Source of the DNA: an uncultured candidatus Porisulfidus sp.
GTDB taxonomy: Bacteria > Pseudomonadota > Gammaproteobacteria > Poriferisulfidales > Poriferisulfidaceae
Reading direction: 5' to 3'
DNA: 64,000 bases
Assembly (NCBI GenBank): GCA_965204575.1
Contig: OZ241993.1
Span: 480,001-544,000, forward strand
Shown: positions 20,440 to 31,215 of the stretch, in pieces
How the letters are laid out: each line of letters begins with the position of its first letter
Numbering within the stretch: position 1 is the stretch's first letter
Position numbers and translations under genes: made by a program
The notes under the pieces: model-generated
The model's input: only the letters and a program-made list of their open reading frames with translations
What the model was told of the DNA's origin: nothing
The model's database searches: none

Positions 20440-21628
20440 TGTGGCGGTAATCGGCGGGGGTGCGGTCGGCTTGACCACCGCCGCATTGCTGGCGCGATCC
20501 GGATTTCAGGTCGAACTGGTCGAGCAACGGGAACTGCCACCGAAAGAACCGGGGCCGGACCCCGAAATCCGGGTGCTGGCGCTGACTCCGGCATCCGAAG
20601 CGATTCTGCGGGCCTGCGGGGCGTGGAAAAACCTGGACCTCGGCCGTATCCAGCCCTGGACCCGGATGCAGGTCTGGGGGGAACCCGACCACGACGGGGT
20701 CGAGTTTCTGGCATCCGACATCAACAAGCCGCAGCTTGGGCATATCGTGGAAAACACGGTGCTGGTCCGGGCGCTGCACCAGGCCCTGCAAGATGCCGGC
20801 GTGACACTTCACTGCCCAGACTCGGTCGCCCGGTTTGAGCCTTATTCGTCCGGCGTCACTTTGGAGCTGGAATCCGGTGCACAACTGGACACTCGCCTAG
20901 TCGTGGCGGCGGACGGTGCGGATTCGAAAACCCGGTCACTGGCTGGACTTGAGTGGGATTACCAACCGTATCGCGAGCAGGCCATCGTCGCGGAAATCGA
21001 AACCGAACTGCCAGGCGAACCGACAGCATGGCAGCGATTTACTGTGGATGGTCCGGCCGCTTTGTTGCCGTTATTCAACCGACATTACTCGCTGGTCTGG
21101 TCGACAACCCAAGCCGAAGCGCTGATTGATTTGGATCCGGGCGAATTCGAAGCCGAACTGACGGAGGCCGTAGGAGGGCGCTTGGGCGCGATGCATCTTC
21201 GCGGGTCACGCGTAAAGTTCCCGTTGGGCCGCGGTTGCGCACCGCACTGGTGCGCGGATGGCATCGTGTTGGTCGGCGATGCAGCGCATGTCGTGCATCC
21301 CCTGGCTGGACTGGGCCAAAACCTGGGGCTGATGGATGCGGCCGTTTTGCAGGAGGAAATTGCCATTCATTCGCTCGGCCTGCGTGCCTTGCGCGCATAT
21401 GAGCGCCGACGCAAGGGCCCGGTCAGGGCGACTCAATATCTGCTCGAAGGATTTCGCCTGGGCTTCGGCAGCGGATGGCAGGGCTTCAGGCAGGCGGGAG
21501 ACCTGGCGATGGAATTGACTGGCCGGTATCGGGCGGTGCGGAGATTCTTCATTCACCAGGCGGACGGATGTCTGGATGGGCCCAGATGGCTACGCGCAGG
21601 CGAGGCTTTCCCGGGCAGTAGGGCATGA
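20432..21628 (+). CDS. UbiI/UbiF (VisC) family FAD-dependent hydroxylase
   Basis: GGGAVG, ADGADS, AWQRF...GP.ALLP, GDAAHVVHPLAGLGQNLG. Follows ubiH. Confidence 0.85.
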   Translation: MPDVAVIGGGAVGLTTAALLARSGFQVELVEQRELPPKEPGPDPEIRVLALTPASEAILRACGAWKNLDLGRIQPWTRMQVWGEPDHDGVEFLASDINKPQLGHIVENTVLVRALHQALQDAGVTLHCPDSVARFEPYSSGVTLELESGAQLDTRLVVAADGADSKTRSLAGLEWDYQPYREQAIVAEIETELPGEPTAWQRFTVDGPAALLPLFNRHYSLVWSTTQAEALIDLDPGEFEAELTEAVGGRLGAMHLRGSRVKFPLGRGCAPHWCADGIVLVGDAAHVVHPLAGLGQNLGLMDAAVLQEEIAIHSLGLRALRAYERRRKGPVRATQYLLEGFRLGFGSGWQGFRQAGDLAMELTGRYRAVRRFFIHQADGCLDGPRWLRAGEAFPGSRA

Positions 21629-21777
21629 AATCTTCAAGGACGACTCCCTGAAGCCAAGAAGACCCGCAAGTTCTACAACCCGAAAAACAAAAGGGCGCCG
21701 GGAAAACCCCAACACCCTGATGCCGACCGGGAAACCCCAATCCTTATCTCCTGTTGTCCCCCAAGTTCACTCATGCG

Positions 21778-23043
21778 TCACCCCTGGAGGTCGTAGAACA
21801 ACCCGGGGTACAGGAACGCGCTGCTGATTTTTTCCTGCACCGCCCCAAGGACTCCGGCACGACGCATTTCTTCGCCCCAGCTTGAGCGCACGGTCTCGAC
21901 CACCCGGGTGAAAATTGCCTCCGCCTCGGCGGCATCCAGAAAAAAACGGGATGCTGCGCTCAAAAGATTCTCCTTGTTCGCATTGCGCCCATAGCGCCCA
22001 CAGTCCAAGGCCAAGGATCGGCGTTCCATTGAAATTGCCGGAGAGACGGTCAGGTCGTACGCTGGGCTCAAATGCCAACCCCGCCGCGGTGCCAGCAAAG
22101 CGTGATTGCGCGGATGGTCGTCTAGATTTGAGATGGCCGCATTGAAACACATCCGCGTAAACAGCTCTTTTAGGTCCTGTTCGGGGCTGGCACTGCTGCG
22201 ACGAATTTCGTCCGCCAGCAAGAGATAGGACCAGCGGTCGCGGTCCACGAGCACCCCTTCGACCAGCAACACGGTCATGGCGCTGACCATGCGGTGGCGG
22301 AAATAGCCATTGCCGGATTTCTCCCGGTCAAACCTTCGCACCAGCAACACATCACGTCCGCCGACGGATTCGACCCGGGTCTCCGCCACATTCAGTCCAC
22401 ATGAACAAGCCAAATTCATCAGTGCATGCTCGACCCTGGGGGCAGAGTAGACATCCTCGTCCAATCCGAACTTGGCAAGCCAGAGTGCGCCGTCGTGTTC
22501 AATCGAGACTTTGGGTCGGGCTCCGCCCATGGACGTCCCCGCTTGCAGAAGGGAAAGAATCCGCTCCTCGTCCGAATCCGCTGGAACCGGAGCATCCCGC
22601 ACGACGGCATCCGCCACCTCCTGGAGTCGAACCAAGCTCCCCAACGAACCGAAGCAGTGCGAATCTTCCGGCGGCGTGGAAGTCGTCCCGAAGCCAAGGG
22701 CGCCCGCGCGATCGTCCGGGCCTTCCATCAGGTAGTCGAACTCTTCGAGACGCGGCAGGCCTTTCTGTCTTTCGAGCATGCGCCGCCCCCAGTCATCCGG
22801 CATCGAGTCCCGGATGGCCCCGAAAAATCCCTCCATGCGCGCAGTTTCGTGGATTTGGGTGCTGAGATGCAATTCGACCGGATCAAGCGCGACGGCATTC
22901 TCGCGCTCCAAGTAACCTCGCTCGTAGATGAATTGCCCCCGCGAAACGCCGCCTCCAACGCTCACAGCGAATGTCCCGGCCGTTACAGGCTGCACCTCTC
23001 CGGGCAGGAAGATGTAGACGAAGCAACGGCGGTCGGAAGTCAT
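21778..23043 (-). CDS. hipA: HipA-family kinase toxin
   Basis: P-loop GTSMGGARPK, W.AKF, RRFDR, N.DDH.RNH, LSPAYD. Confidence 0.9.
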   Translation of the reverse strand: MTSDRRCFVYIFLPGEVQPVTAGTFAVSVGGGVSRGQFIYERGYLERENAVALDPVELHLSTQIHETARMEGFFGAIRDSMPDDWGRRMLERQKGLPRLEEFDYLMEGPDDRAGALGFGTTSTPPEDSHCFGSLGSLVRLQEVADAVVRDAPVPADSDEERILSLLQAGTSMGGARPKVSIEHDGALWLAKFGLDEDVYSAPRVEHALMNLACSCGLNVAETRVESVGGRDVLLVRRFDREKSGNGYFRHRMVSAMTVLLVEGVLVDRDRWSYLLLADEIRRSSASPEQDLKELFTRMCFNAAISNLDDHPRNHALLAPRRGWHLSPAYDLTVSPAISMERRSLALDCGRYGRNANKENLLSAASRFFLDAAEAEAIFTRVVETVRSSWGEEMRRAGVLGAVQEKISSAFLYPGLFYDLQG

Positions 23044-23375
23044 ACGGACAATTTCGTGCGCCGCCTCACCTTTTGCGGCAAGCGGGAAAGATCAAGCGCT
23101 TTCCCCTCTTCGTCCGTGTCCGGGTCCGCTAAACCGTAGGCATCCCGAATCAATCCCAGTGCCCACAGGGCACCGAAGTAGGCCGCGACCGAAGCACCCG
23201 GCTTGCCTTTCTCGACATCCGCAAGAGTCAGGCGGGACGTGCCTATTCTCTGCGCAACGTCGTCAAGACGGAGCCGTCGCCGGGTGCGGGCAATGCGGAT
23301 GTTTTCTCCGACTTTCCTGAGCGCATCCTCCACGGCGCCGGGCGGGGCGGAGGTGATCTTGGATTTTCCAGGCAT
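23040..23375 (-). CDS. XRE-family HTH antitoxin (HipB-like)
   Basis: GENIRIARTRRRL...VAQRIGTSRLTLADVEKG. ATGA coupling to hipA. Confidence 0.85.
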   Translation of the reverse strand: MPGKSKITSAPPGAVEDALRKVGENIRIARTRRRLRLDDVAQRIGTSRLTLADVEKGKPGASVAAYFGALWALGLIRDAYGLADPDTDEEGKALDLSRLPQKVRRRTKLSV

Positions 23376-23797
23376 GGTTTCCCTCAATGGCACACATTGG
23401 CGTATATCGTCCAAAAAATTATAGCATGTTCGGCACTATAAGCATAAATAAATATACTTATAATATTATCAAGAATATTATTCTATTCTTTACCTTCCGT
23501 TAGTAGCGCGCAGAACAGCCTCTCTTGGCGCCAACTCAGTTGTTGCCCGGCCCAAGCAGGCCACGATAAGGCACAATTCAGGAAAAAAGAGCGGCCACAT
23601 GGGGCGAGTTCCAAAGGTACGCGGCGAAGCGGCTTTAGGATCGTCAAGTATATAATTCCCAATATTTTTCAGGCTCATTTCTCGTTGGAAACCGCTCACG
23701 CTTCAGGCTCATCTGTCGTGAGAAACCGGCTTCTCCTCAAGCTTTTTTCCTACAAAAGGGGCGAGAGGTCCCTCGTTTCATATATAATGCGCCGCCT

Positions 23798-24064
23798 ATG
23801 GCCAATTCAGCCCAAGCCCGCAAGCGCGCCCGTCAGGCGGACTCCCACCGTGAAGCCAACATGGCACTGGCATCGCGCTACCGCACTTTCGTCAAGAAGG
23901 TCGTCAAACTGATCGAGGAAGGCGATCGCGAGCAGGCCCTGCAATCCTACCGGGAAGCCATCCCCGTAATCGACAGCGCGGTGACCCGCGGGTTGATCCA
24001 CCGCAACAAGGCAGCTCGCCAGAAAAGCCGCCTGAACGCGCGAATCAAAAGCCTCAGCGCCTAA
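23798..24064 (+). CDS. rpsT: 30S ribosomal protein S20
   Basis: MANSAQARKRARQ...IHRNKAARQKSRL. Confidence 0.97.
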   Translation: MANSAQARKRARQADSHREANMALASRYRTFVKKVVKLIEEGDREQALQSYREAIPVIDSAVTRGLIHRNKAARQKSRLNARIKSLSA

Positions 24065-24119
24065 TACCCTGCCGGGATCTTCCCGGGATGTCGTCCTCAT
24101 AATCCACGAGGAGCGTCAT

Positions 24120-24890
24120 TTATTTCTCCGATTCTGAAGCGTCTGGATTTTCTTCGACGATTCCGGCCACGAATGCCCATGCCCGATCCGCTAGGTGGCG
24201 ACGGTCCAGGCCAGCCGGGTCGATTGCCGGGCCGATGTGCACCTCTGCCTGGATGGAGGCGCATCCGAGAATTCCCAGGATGCTGGCAACCAATGTTTGC
24301 TGATCCACGTAGGGCACCTCCGGATGCACGCCTTCCGGGTGTGGATAACGCAACGCGACCGGTTGCACCTGCATTCCACTCTCAATCGCTGCCGCAAAAA
24401 GGCGAGGATGGAACGGAAGCACGGCGTGGCCTTTCCCTGTTGTCCCTTCCGGAAAGACTGCGACGCTTTGCTGTCGTTTGAATGCTTTTCGGATTCCCTC
24501 GATGCTGCGCCGTGCCGCGCCTTCGCCTCCCCGCTTAATAAACAGCGTCCCACCCGCCCGGGACAAGCGGGAAATCAGCGGCCACTGGGCGACTTCCGCC
24601 TTGCTCAGGAATGCCACCGGCACAGCCGAGCCCAGCACCATGATGTCCAGCCAGGAGATATGGTTGCACACCACCAGGCAGGGGGCTTCGGCAGGCTGTC
24701 CGACTACAGACACCTGAACGTTCAGGCAGGCCAAGACCCGTCGGTACCATTCCTGGTTCTTCTGCTGCGCCTCAGGATCCGGGGGGGTGGATTTCAACGC
24801 GCGGAGATGTTTCGCGTTTCCATGCACGAGCCCCCATCCGAGAGGGGACAGCAGCCGAAAAAACCGCCACAGGCCGCGAATCAGCTTCAC
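24120..24890 (-). CDS. Lysophospholipid acyltransferase (PlsC/OlsA-like)
   Basis: NHISWLD (HX4D) and FPEGTT. Confidence 0.88.
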   Translation of the reverse strand: MKLIRGLWRFFRLLSPLGWGLVHGNAKHLRALKSTPPDPEAQQKNQEWYRRVLACLNVQVSVVGQPAEAPCLVVCNHISWLDIMVLGSAVPVAFLSKAEVAQWPLISRLSRAGGTLFIKRGGEGAARRSIEGIRKAFKRQQSVAVFPEGTTGKGHAVLPFHPRLFAAAIESGMQVQPVALRYPHPEGVHPEVPYVDQQTLVASILGILGCASIQAEVHIGPAIDPAGLDRRHLADRAWAFVAGIVEENPDASESEK

Positions 24891-26905
24891 GAGACCTGGA
24901 CTCTTTCCTTGAAGGCGTCAAAAGACCGGACCGGCTCTTCGCAAGTCGGGCCGATGCAGACATAGGCCACCGCCTCACCCTGCGCCGGCTTGTCCTGAAG
25001 TGCTGGCGGAAGATCCTCCATGTCTTCGCGAATGGCGTAGCAATCCGCCTTGAGGTTGCCGCGCCAAGCTGCGGACTTCCAGCGCCCCAACTCCGGCTCG
25101 TTGCCCCGCAGGATGATTTGCGCGGGAGGCTGTTCCACCACAAACCGGGCCTCCATGAACCGGGCATGTTCCTGGGGTGCCTGCACAATGGCGCCCTGTG
25201 CGCCGGCCAGCGTTCGCTCCGCCAGCCCCACCCATTCGCTCCGTGCAAGCAGGTGCCCGATCCGGATCAGCCCTTCGCAGGCGGCCGCGCAGCCGGATGG
25301 GGCGACATCGTCCGCCAGAAGTCGGGGGCGAACCAATAATTCCTCGTGATCATGCGACGTAAAGAAAAGGCCTCCATCGGGGTCCGCAAACTGCTCGGCG
25401 ATGACTCCGGCAAGTTGTTCGGCGAATTCCAAGTTCTCGTTGCTCCAGCGCCCCTGCAGCAGCAAAAGCGCCGCTTCCAGCATGAATGCATAGTCGTCCA
25501 GATACGCATTCAGGTGCGCCTTCCCCTGGCTGAAACTCGCCTTCAATCGCTGGCCGTCCCACAACCGCTGCCGCACGAAATCGAACGCGGCGGCCGCGCT
25601 GCGGAACCAGTCCGGCTCGTCCAGCTGACGCGAAGCCAGAATCAGGCCGCGGATCATCAGGGCATTCCAGCTGGTCAGCATCTTGTCGTCCAGTCCCGGG
25701 CGGATGCGGGCCGAGCGGGCTTCGAACAGGCGCTGCAGGTCCTGCTCGAACATGCCCTGGAGTTCTTCAGCCGGCTGCCTGGTGTTCGCCGCGGCTTCCA
25801 GCATGGTCCGGAAACCGTGCAAATGCCAGCGTCCCTCGAAATTCGCCGGGCGGTCCAGTCCGAACCGGAACGCAAAAGCCGGGTAATGTTCCTCCGGGAT
25901 CAGCCCCTGAACCTCTTCCGGCGTCCATAGGTAAAACTTGCCTTCCTCACCTTCGGAGTCGGCATCCAGGCTGGAATAGAAGCCGCCGGATTCATCCTGG
26001 AGTTCGCGGGTGACGAACGAAACGATGCCCGCCGCCGCCGCCCGCAGCGGCGGGGATTCCGTGCGCGTCCAGGCCTCTGCGTAAAGCGGCAGCAGGAGGG
26101 CCTGGTCGTACAGCATTTTCTCGAAGTGAGGGATCATCCAGTGCGCATCGACCGAATACCGGTAGAAACCACCCCCGGCGTGATCCTGAATCCCGCCCTC
26201 GGCCATGCACGACAAGGTGTGCGTGACCATGTGTTGCGCCCGCGGATTGTCCTGCTGCTGCAGCCACTGCAGTTGGGTCGGCCGCGCGAATTTCGGTGCG
26301 CCGCCGAATCCCCCGTCCCGCGCATCGAATGCTTGCGCCAAGCCTTCGATGACATCGGCCTCAAGCCTCTCCGGCCAGGGAGTTGCTTGGGGCAACTGAT
26401 GAATTTGCTGGAGTGCGGCGCAGACCGATTCGTTTTGCTTGGCCAATTCCTCGGCATGCTCGCCGTACCACTCCGCGACCCGCTCCAGTATTTGGCTGAA
26501 CGCCGGCAGTCCGTGGCGGGGCTCCGGCGGGAAGTAGGTGCCCCCGAAGAAAGGGACGCGTTTGTCCGGCGTGAGGAACAGGGTCAGCGGCCAGCCCCCG
26601 CCTCGCTGGGTCAACAGCATCTGTGCCGTCTGGTACAGCTTGTCCAGATCCGGGCGCTCCTCGCGATCCACCTTGATGTTGACGTACAGGCGGTTCATCA
26701 ACGCCGCCGTCGCCGAGTCCTCGAAGGACTCGTGCGCCATCACGTGGCACCAATGGCAGGCGGCGTAGCCGATCGACAGCAGGATCGGGCGCCCGCTGTC
26801 ACTTGCTTCGCGCAACGCTTCCTCGTCCCACGGATACCAATCCACCGGGTTGTCCGCATGCTGACGCAAGTAGGGACTGGAAGCTTCGGTGAGGCGATTC
26901 GGCAT
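24887..26905 (-). CDS. YyaL/DUF255 thioredoxin-like + six-hairpin domain protein
   Basis: [38 protein letters not shown]. Confidence 0.92.
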   Translation of the reverse strand: MPNRLTEASSPYLRQHADNPVDWYPWDEEALREASDSGRPILLSIGYAACHWCHVMAHESFEDSATAALMNRLYVNIKVDREERPDLDKLYQTAQMLLTQRGGGWPLTLFLTPDKRVPFFGGTYFPPEPRHGLPAFSQILERVAEWYGEHAEELAKQNESVCAALQQIHQLPQATPWPERLEADVIEGLAQAFDARDGGFGGAPKFARPTQLQWLQQQDNPRAQHMVTHTLSCMAEGGIQDHAGGGFYRYSVDAHWMIPHFEKMLYDQALLLPLYAEAWTRTESPPLRAAAAGIVSFVTRELQDESGGFYSSLDADSEGEEGKFYLWTPEEVQGLIPEEHYPAFAFRFGLDRPANFEGRWHLHGFRTMLEAAANTRQPAEELQGMFEQDLQRLFEARSARIRPGLDDKMLTSWNALMIRGLILASRQLDEPDWFRSAAAAFDFVRQRLWDGQRLKASFSQGKAHLNAYLDDYAFMLEAALLLLQGRWSNENLEFAEQLAGVIAEQFADPDGGLFFTSHDHEELLVRPRLLADDVAPSGCAAACEGLIRIGHLLARSEWVGLAERTLAGAQGAIVQAPQEHARFMEARFVVEQPPAQIILRGNEPELGRWKSAAWRGNLKADCYAIREDMEDLPPALQDKPAQGEAVAYVCIGPTCEEPVRSFDAFKERVQVS

Positions 26906-26960
26906 GACAGCAACGGCTCTTTAAAAATTATACGGTGCGGGCTTTTGTTAAACTTTTCGG

Positions 26961-27737
26961 ATGCTACTTGACTGGGACCCGGTCGCTCTTGCGATAGGCC
27001 CCGTGCGCATCCACTGGTACGGCCTGATGTACGTACTCGGATTCGCCGGGTTCTGGCTGCTTGGCATCCGCCACGCACGCCGGGCACATACTCCGGTTGC
27101 GCCCGAACAAGTGAGCGACTTGTTGTTCTATGGCGCTCTCGGCGCGATCCTAGGCGGCCGGCTGGGCTCGGTCCTGTTCTATCATTTCGACCGCCTCCTG
27201 ACCGACCCCTGGATGATCCTGCGTATCTGGGAGGGCGGGATGAGTTTTCACGGAGGCCTGATTGGAGTGCTGGTCGCAATCTGGCTGTGGCAGCGAAAAT
27301 CGGACACCGGCTGGCTCGCTGCCGTTGACTTCTGCGCGCCCATGGTGCCAATCGGACTGTTCTTCGGCCGGATCGGGAACTTCATCAACGGCGAACTCTG
27401 GGGGCGATCCACCGACCTGCCATGGGGCGTGATTTTCCCGGCGGCGGGTCCCGAGCCACGCCACCCGAGCCAGTTGTACGAAGCGGCGCTGGAGGGCCTG
27501 CTCCTGTTCGCGGTTCTCTGGTGGTTCGCCCGGAAGCCCCGGGCCGTCGGCGCAGTCGCGGCAGTCTTCGCCCTGGGCTATGCCGCGGTCCGCTTCGCGG
27601 TGGAATTCGTTCGTCTGCCGGATGCCCATCTCGGTTATCTCGCGTTCGGCTGGCTGACCATGGGTCAGTTGCTCTGCATCCCGCTGGCACTGGTCGGATT
27701 CGCCTTGGCTTGGCACGCCCGGAGTGCCCGGTCATGA
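26961..27737 (+). CDS. lgt: Prolipoprotein diacylglyceryl transferase
   Basis: [37 protein letters not shown]. Confidence 0.96.
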   Translation: MLLDWDPVALAIGPVRIHWYGLMYVLGFAGFWLLGIRHARRAHTPVAPEQVSDLLFYGALGAILGGRLGSVLFYHFDRLLTDPWMILRIWEGGMSFHGGLIGVLVAIWLWQRKSDTGWLAAVDFCAPMVPIGLFFGRIGNFINGELWGRSTDLPWGVIFPAAGPEPRHPSQLYEAALEGLLLFAVLWWFARKPRAVGAVAAVFALGYAAVRFAVEFVRLPDAHLGYLAFGWLTMGQLLCIPLALVGFALAWHARSARS

Positions 27738-28528
27738 AGCCTTACCTGGACCTGCTGCGCCACGTGCTGGAAAACGGAGCCGAAAAGGCTGACCGCACCG
27801 GGGTCGGCACTCGCTCGGTCTTCGGTTACCAAAACCGTTACGATCTCGCCGAGGGGTTCCCCTTGGTCACCACCAAGAAAATTCATATCAAGTCCGTGGT
27901 TCACGAACTGCTGTGGTTCCTGCGCGGTGAGACGCAGGTGCAGTCCCTCCAGGAGCATGGGGTAACGATCTGGGACGAATGGGCTGACGAGACCGGCGAT
28001 CTCGGTCCGATCTACGGTCGCCAGTGGCGCAGTTGGCCGGGTCGGGACGGCGCCGGCCACGACCAGATTTCCACTCTGACCGAGCAACTTCGAACCCAGC
28101 CGGACTCGAGACGTCACTTGGTCTGCGCATGGAACGTCTCTGAACTCGACCGCATGGCTCTGGCGCCTTGCCACGTACTGTTCCAGTTCTACGTGGCGGA
28201 CGGGAAACTTTCCTGCCAGCTCTACCAACGCAGCGCGGACTTGTTCCTCGGCGTGCCGTTCAACATCGCCTCATACGCGCTTCTGACCCTGATGGTGGCG
28301 CAAGTCTGCGACCTGAAACCCGGAGAGTTCATCCACACGTTCGGTGATGTGCACTTGTACCAAAACCACCTGGAGCAAGCCCGCACCCAGTTGGCGCGTG
28401 CGCCGTACCCCCTGCCGGATCTGCGCCTGAATCCCCAGGTCCGGGATTTGTTCGAGTTCGGCTACGATGACATCCGGCTCGAGAACTACCAGAGCCATCC
28501 ACACATTGCAGCCCCGGTGGCCGTCTGA
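27734..28528 (+). CDS. thyA: Thymidylate synthase
   Basis: DRTGVGT, ELLWFL.G, MALAPCH, YQRSAD.FLGVPFN. Confidence 0.97.
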   Translation: MKPYLDLLRHVLENGAEKADRTGVGTRSVFGYQNRYDLAEGFPLVTTKKIHIKSVVHELLWFLRGETQVQSLQEHGVTIWDEWADETGDLGPIYGRQWRSWPGRDGAGHDQISTLTEQLRTQPDSRRHLVCAWNVSELDRMALAPCHVLFQFYVADGKLSCQLYQRSADLFLGVPFNIASYALLTLMVAQVCDLKPGEFIHTFGDVHLYQNHLEQARTQLARAPYPLPDLRLNPQVRDLFEFGYDDIRLENYQSHPHIAAPVAV

Positions 28529-29019
28529 TGATCATTTCCGCCATTGTCGCCATTTCCCGCAACGGGGTCATCGGGCACGAGAACTCGCTTCCCTGGCACT
28601 TGCCGGACGATCTCAGGAATTTCCGGCGCATCACGCTCGACAAGCCGGTGATCATGGGCCGCATGACCTGGGAGTCCCTCCCAAAGGGCCTGCCCCGCCG
28701 CCGCTGCATCGTGATTTCGGGCCGTCCCGTCGAAGGGGAATGCGAGTGGGCGAAAAGCCCGGATGAAGCCTTGGAACTTTGCGCCGGAAGCCCCGAGGTG
28801 ATGATCATCGGCGGCGTGAAGGTCTACCATCACTTCCTGCCGCTTTGCGACCGGCTCTACCTGACCGCGGTCGACGCCGACATCAAGGGCGATGCCCGGC
28901 TCCCGGAACTGAACCTGTCAGCATTCGCCCTGCAGCATGAGCAGCATCACCCGGCGGACGACCGGCACGCCTACTCTTTCCGCCATCAGGAGTTTTTCCG
29001 GATCAAGGCTCGCTGCTGA
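28528..29019 (+). CDS. folA: Dihydrofolate reductase
   Basis: LPWHLPDDL..F, VIMGR.TWES, IIGG. Confidence 0.93.
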   Translation: MIISAIVAISRNGVIGHENSLPWHLPDDLRNFRRITLDKPVIMGRMTWESLPKGLPRRRCIVISGRPVEGECEWAKSPDEALELCAGSPEVMIIGGVKVYHHFLPLCDRLYLTAVDADIKGDARLPELNLSAFALQHEQHHPADDRHAYSFRHQEFFRIKARC

Positions 29020-29828
29020 CACAGGATCTGGGTGGGCACCGGACCGCTCGGCTCCAGCCGCAGGGCCGTCAGCTTTCTCCCCCAGACGCAACCGGTATCA
29101 ATCCCCCAGACGTTGTTGCCGGAATAAAAGCCCAGCGTCGACCAATGGCCGAAGATGATCCGCGTCCTGCGCGTCCTGCGCGCCGGGGCCCTGAACCAAG
29201 GCGTCAATCCTCTTGGGCATTTCACGGGTGAGAGCTTGCAGTCGAGATCGACCCGTCCCTCGCCATCCAGGTAACGCAGGCGAGTCATGACATTGGTGAT
29301 GATCCGCAGGCGCTTGAGGCCGGTGTGCGAATCCTTCCAGCGGCGCGGGCGAGGACCGTAGAGTTTGTGGATTTTTTCCTTCCAGTCGTCGCTGCGGAGA
29401 AACTCTTCCAGTTCCCCGGCAAGCCGCAAGGCCTGTTTCAGCGACCACTCGGGCAGCAACCCCGCATGCACCATCGCGTAGTCGAGCTTGGGATCATAGT
29501 GCATCAGCGAGCGTGACCGGAGCCAGTCGATCAGTTCGTCGCAATCCGGGGCCTCCAGAATTTCCTGCAGGTGCTGCTGGGAACGGGCCGGAATCGGAAC
29601 CCCCGCCGCCAAGGCAAGCAAGGTGATGTCGTGGTTGCCGAGTACGCAGACCGCGCGAGACCCCAGATCGCGAATGTAGCGAAGAGTCTCCAAGGATTTC
29701 GGGCCCCGGTTGACCAGGTCACCCACGCACCAGAGCGTGTCCTTGCGAGGGCGGAAGCCCGCCTGCTTTAGAACGGCACAGAGTTCGTCCAGACACCCCT
29801 GGATGTCGCCGACGGCGAAGACGGCCAT
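28986..29828 (-). CDS. apaH: Symmetrical Ap4A hydrolase
   Basis: GDIQGC, GDLVNRGP.SL, LGNHD, FGHWS, DTGCVWG. Confidence 0.95.
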   Translation of the reverse strand: MAVFAVGDIQGCLDELCAVLKQAGFRPRKDTLWCVGDLVNRGPKSLETLRYIRDLGSRAVCVLGNHDITLLALAAGVPIPARSQQHLQEILEAPDCDELIDWLRSRSLMHYDPKLDYAMVHAGLLPEWSLKQALRLAGELEEFLRSDDWKEKIHKLYGPRPRRWKDSHTGLKRLRIITNVMTRLRYLDGEGRVDLDCKLSPVKCPRGLTPWFRAPARRTRRTRIIFGHWSTLGFYSGNNVWGIDTGCVWGRKLTALRLEPSGPVPTQILCQQRALIRKNS

Positions 29829-29834
29829 CCCGAT

Positions 29835-30218
29835 TCAGTGCAGGGAATGGGGGGTGGACAGGGTAAATGCGGGGATTTCGGCATCGAAGCAAGTGCCGTC
29901 GTCTCCCAGCATTTGATAGGACCCGTGCATGGAACCGACCGGAGTCTGCAACACGGTGCCGGAGGTGTAGCGGAAAGTTTCGCCCGGGGCCAGGTACGGC
30001 TGCTGGCCGACCACGCCCTCGCCATGCACTTCCTGGCGGTTCTCGGCACCATCAAGAATGATCCAGTGCCGGCTGACCAGGCGCGCCGGCAAACTGCCGG
30101 TGTTGGTGATGGTGATGGTGTAAGCGAAGACGAAACGACTGTCGTCCGGCTCGGACTGGTCCGGGAGGAACTGAGTCTCTACCTGAACATCGATGTTGTA
30201 GTCCTGCGTGGATGACAT
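29835..30218 (-). CDS. apaG: ApaG protein
   Basis: FAYTITI.N, L.SRHW.I, GEGVVGQQP. Confidence 0.95.
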   Translation of the reverse strand: MSSTQDYNIDVQVETQFLPDQSEPDDSRFVFAYTITITNTGSLPARLVSRHWIILDGAENRQEVHGEGVVGQQPYLAPGETFRYTSGTVLQTPVGSMHGSYQMLGDDGTCFDAEIPAFTLSTPHSLH

Positions 30219-30415
30219 GCGAGCAAAGGATACTGGGATACCGCCGCGAATTATACCGGGTTGCGGAAGCAGGGAAGCGCCTTCCGATTGGAGTTGCAGT
30301 TCACCTAACCGCCCGCATTACGAGTTTGGCAGGCATTCTTTTATTTGAAGGCGCCTTGGAAAACCTTCCCAAGGCATTCCAAGGCAACCGGGGTGATCCG
30401 CCGCTGGAATCCCCG

Positions 30416-30724
30416 TCAGCCGAGCGCGTCGAGCCCTTTCTGGTCGACGAGGTTAAGCAATTTGAGAGAAGGGCCACTGGGTTGCTTTTCGCCCTGCTCC
30501 CATTTTTGCACGGTGGACAGACTGGCATTCAGATACGCGGCAAATACCGCCTGGCTGGCCCTGCAGCGCAATCGCAGTCTTTTGATCTGCCTAGCGCTGT
30601 ATATCTTGACGGGCGGCAAACACAACGCATCAAACTCACGCATCGTGGTTGCGTCCATCACGCCCGCCTTGTGCAGGCCTTTCGCCGTTTCGTGAACGAC
30701 CTCCAGAATCGGTTTATTCGCCAT
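30416..30724 (-). CDS. XRE HTH antitoxin (HigA-2-like)
   Basis: TMREFDALCL, SQAVFA.YLN.S.STVQKWEQG.K.PSG. Confidence 0.88.
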   Translation of the reverse strand: MANKPILEVVHETAKGLHKAGVMDATTMREFDALCLPPVKIYSARQIKRLRLRCRASQAVFAAYLNASLSTVQKWEQGEKQPSGPSLKLLNLVDQKGLDALG

Positions 30725-31094
30725 CTTTCTTTACCTCCACCAGTTCTTTAGCCTCAAGCGCCTTGTCGATTTGTGTCTCGCCATAATTCAGCAGATCCTC
30801 TGCTAGCCGTCGCAATGCCCTGAGCTCAGAATCAGAGATGGTCGCGCGAGCATTCTTGGCGAAGCCGTAGACGAAGAACACGCGGTGGTGGTCCCGTTTG
30901 AACACCAGCAAGACCCGCGCGCCACTACTTTTGCCGCGACCCGGCAATGCGACTCGTTTTTTGAAGACATGTCCACCAAGGTCCGCATCAACTAAACCAT
31001 GCCGCATCTCCTCGACTGCCGTGAGAAAACTCGTATCAGTCAGCCTTTCCTTGCTCGCCCAACGATGAACCCACCGAGTCTTGAAAACACGCAT
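30714..31094 (-). CDS. RelE/ParE-superfamily toxin (HigB-2-like)
   Basis: MRVFKT, DADLGG.VFKKRVA..GRGKS.GAR, FVYGFAKN. Toxin-first gene order. Confidence 0.88.
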   Translation of the reverse strand: MRVFKTRWVHRWASKERLTDTSFLTAVEEMRHGLVDADLGGHVFKKRVALPGRGKSSGARVLLVFKRDHHRVFFVYGFAKNARATISDSELRALRRLAEDLLNYGETQIDKALEAKELVEVKKDGE

Positions 31095-31101
31095 GGCGTG
31101 G

Positions 31102-31134
31102 AGCAAAGTATAGCATTTAGTGCTACACTTTGCT
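31102..31134 (-). promoter_or_regulatory. Palindromic operator overlapping the -10 box (TATACT) of the relE/higA operon
   Basis: agcaaagt-a-tagca-tttag-tgcta-c-actttgct. Confidence 0.7.
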
Positions 31135-31215
31135 GGAAGGAGTTCCTATATGGACACGGCTGAAATCGAAGCCACAGACACTTCGCCTGACAGCCAACGC
31201 ATCCGTCGAAAGGCA

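Noticed and set aside
23490-23699. 69-aa ORF upstream of hipB
   Set aside because: No RBS or recognisable motif, so it is probably non-coding.
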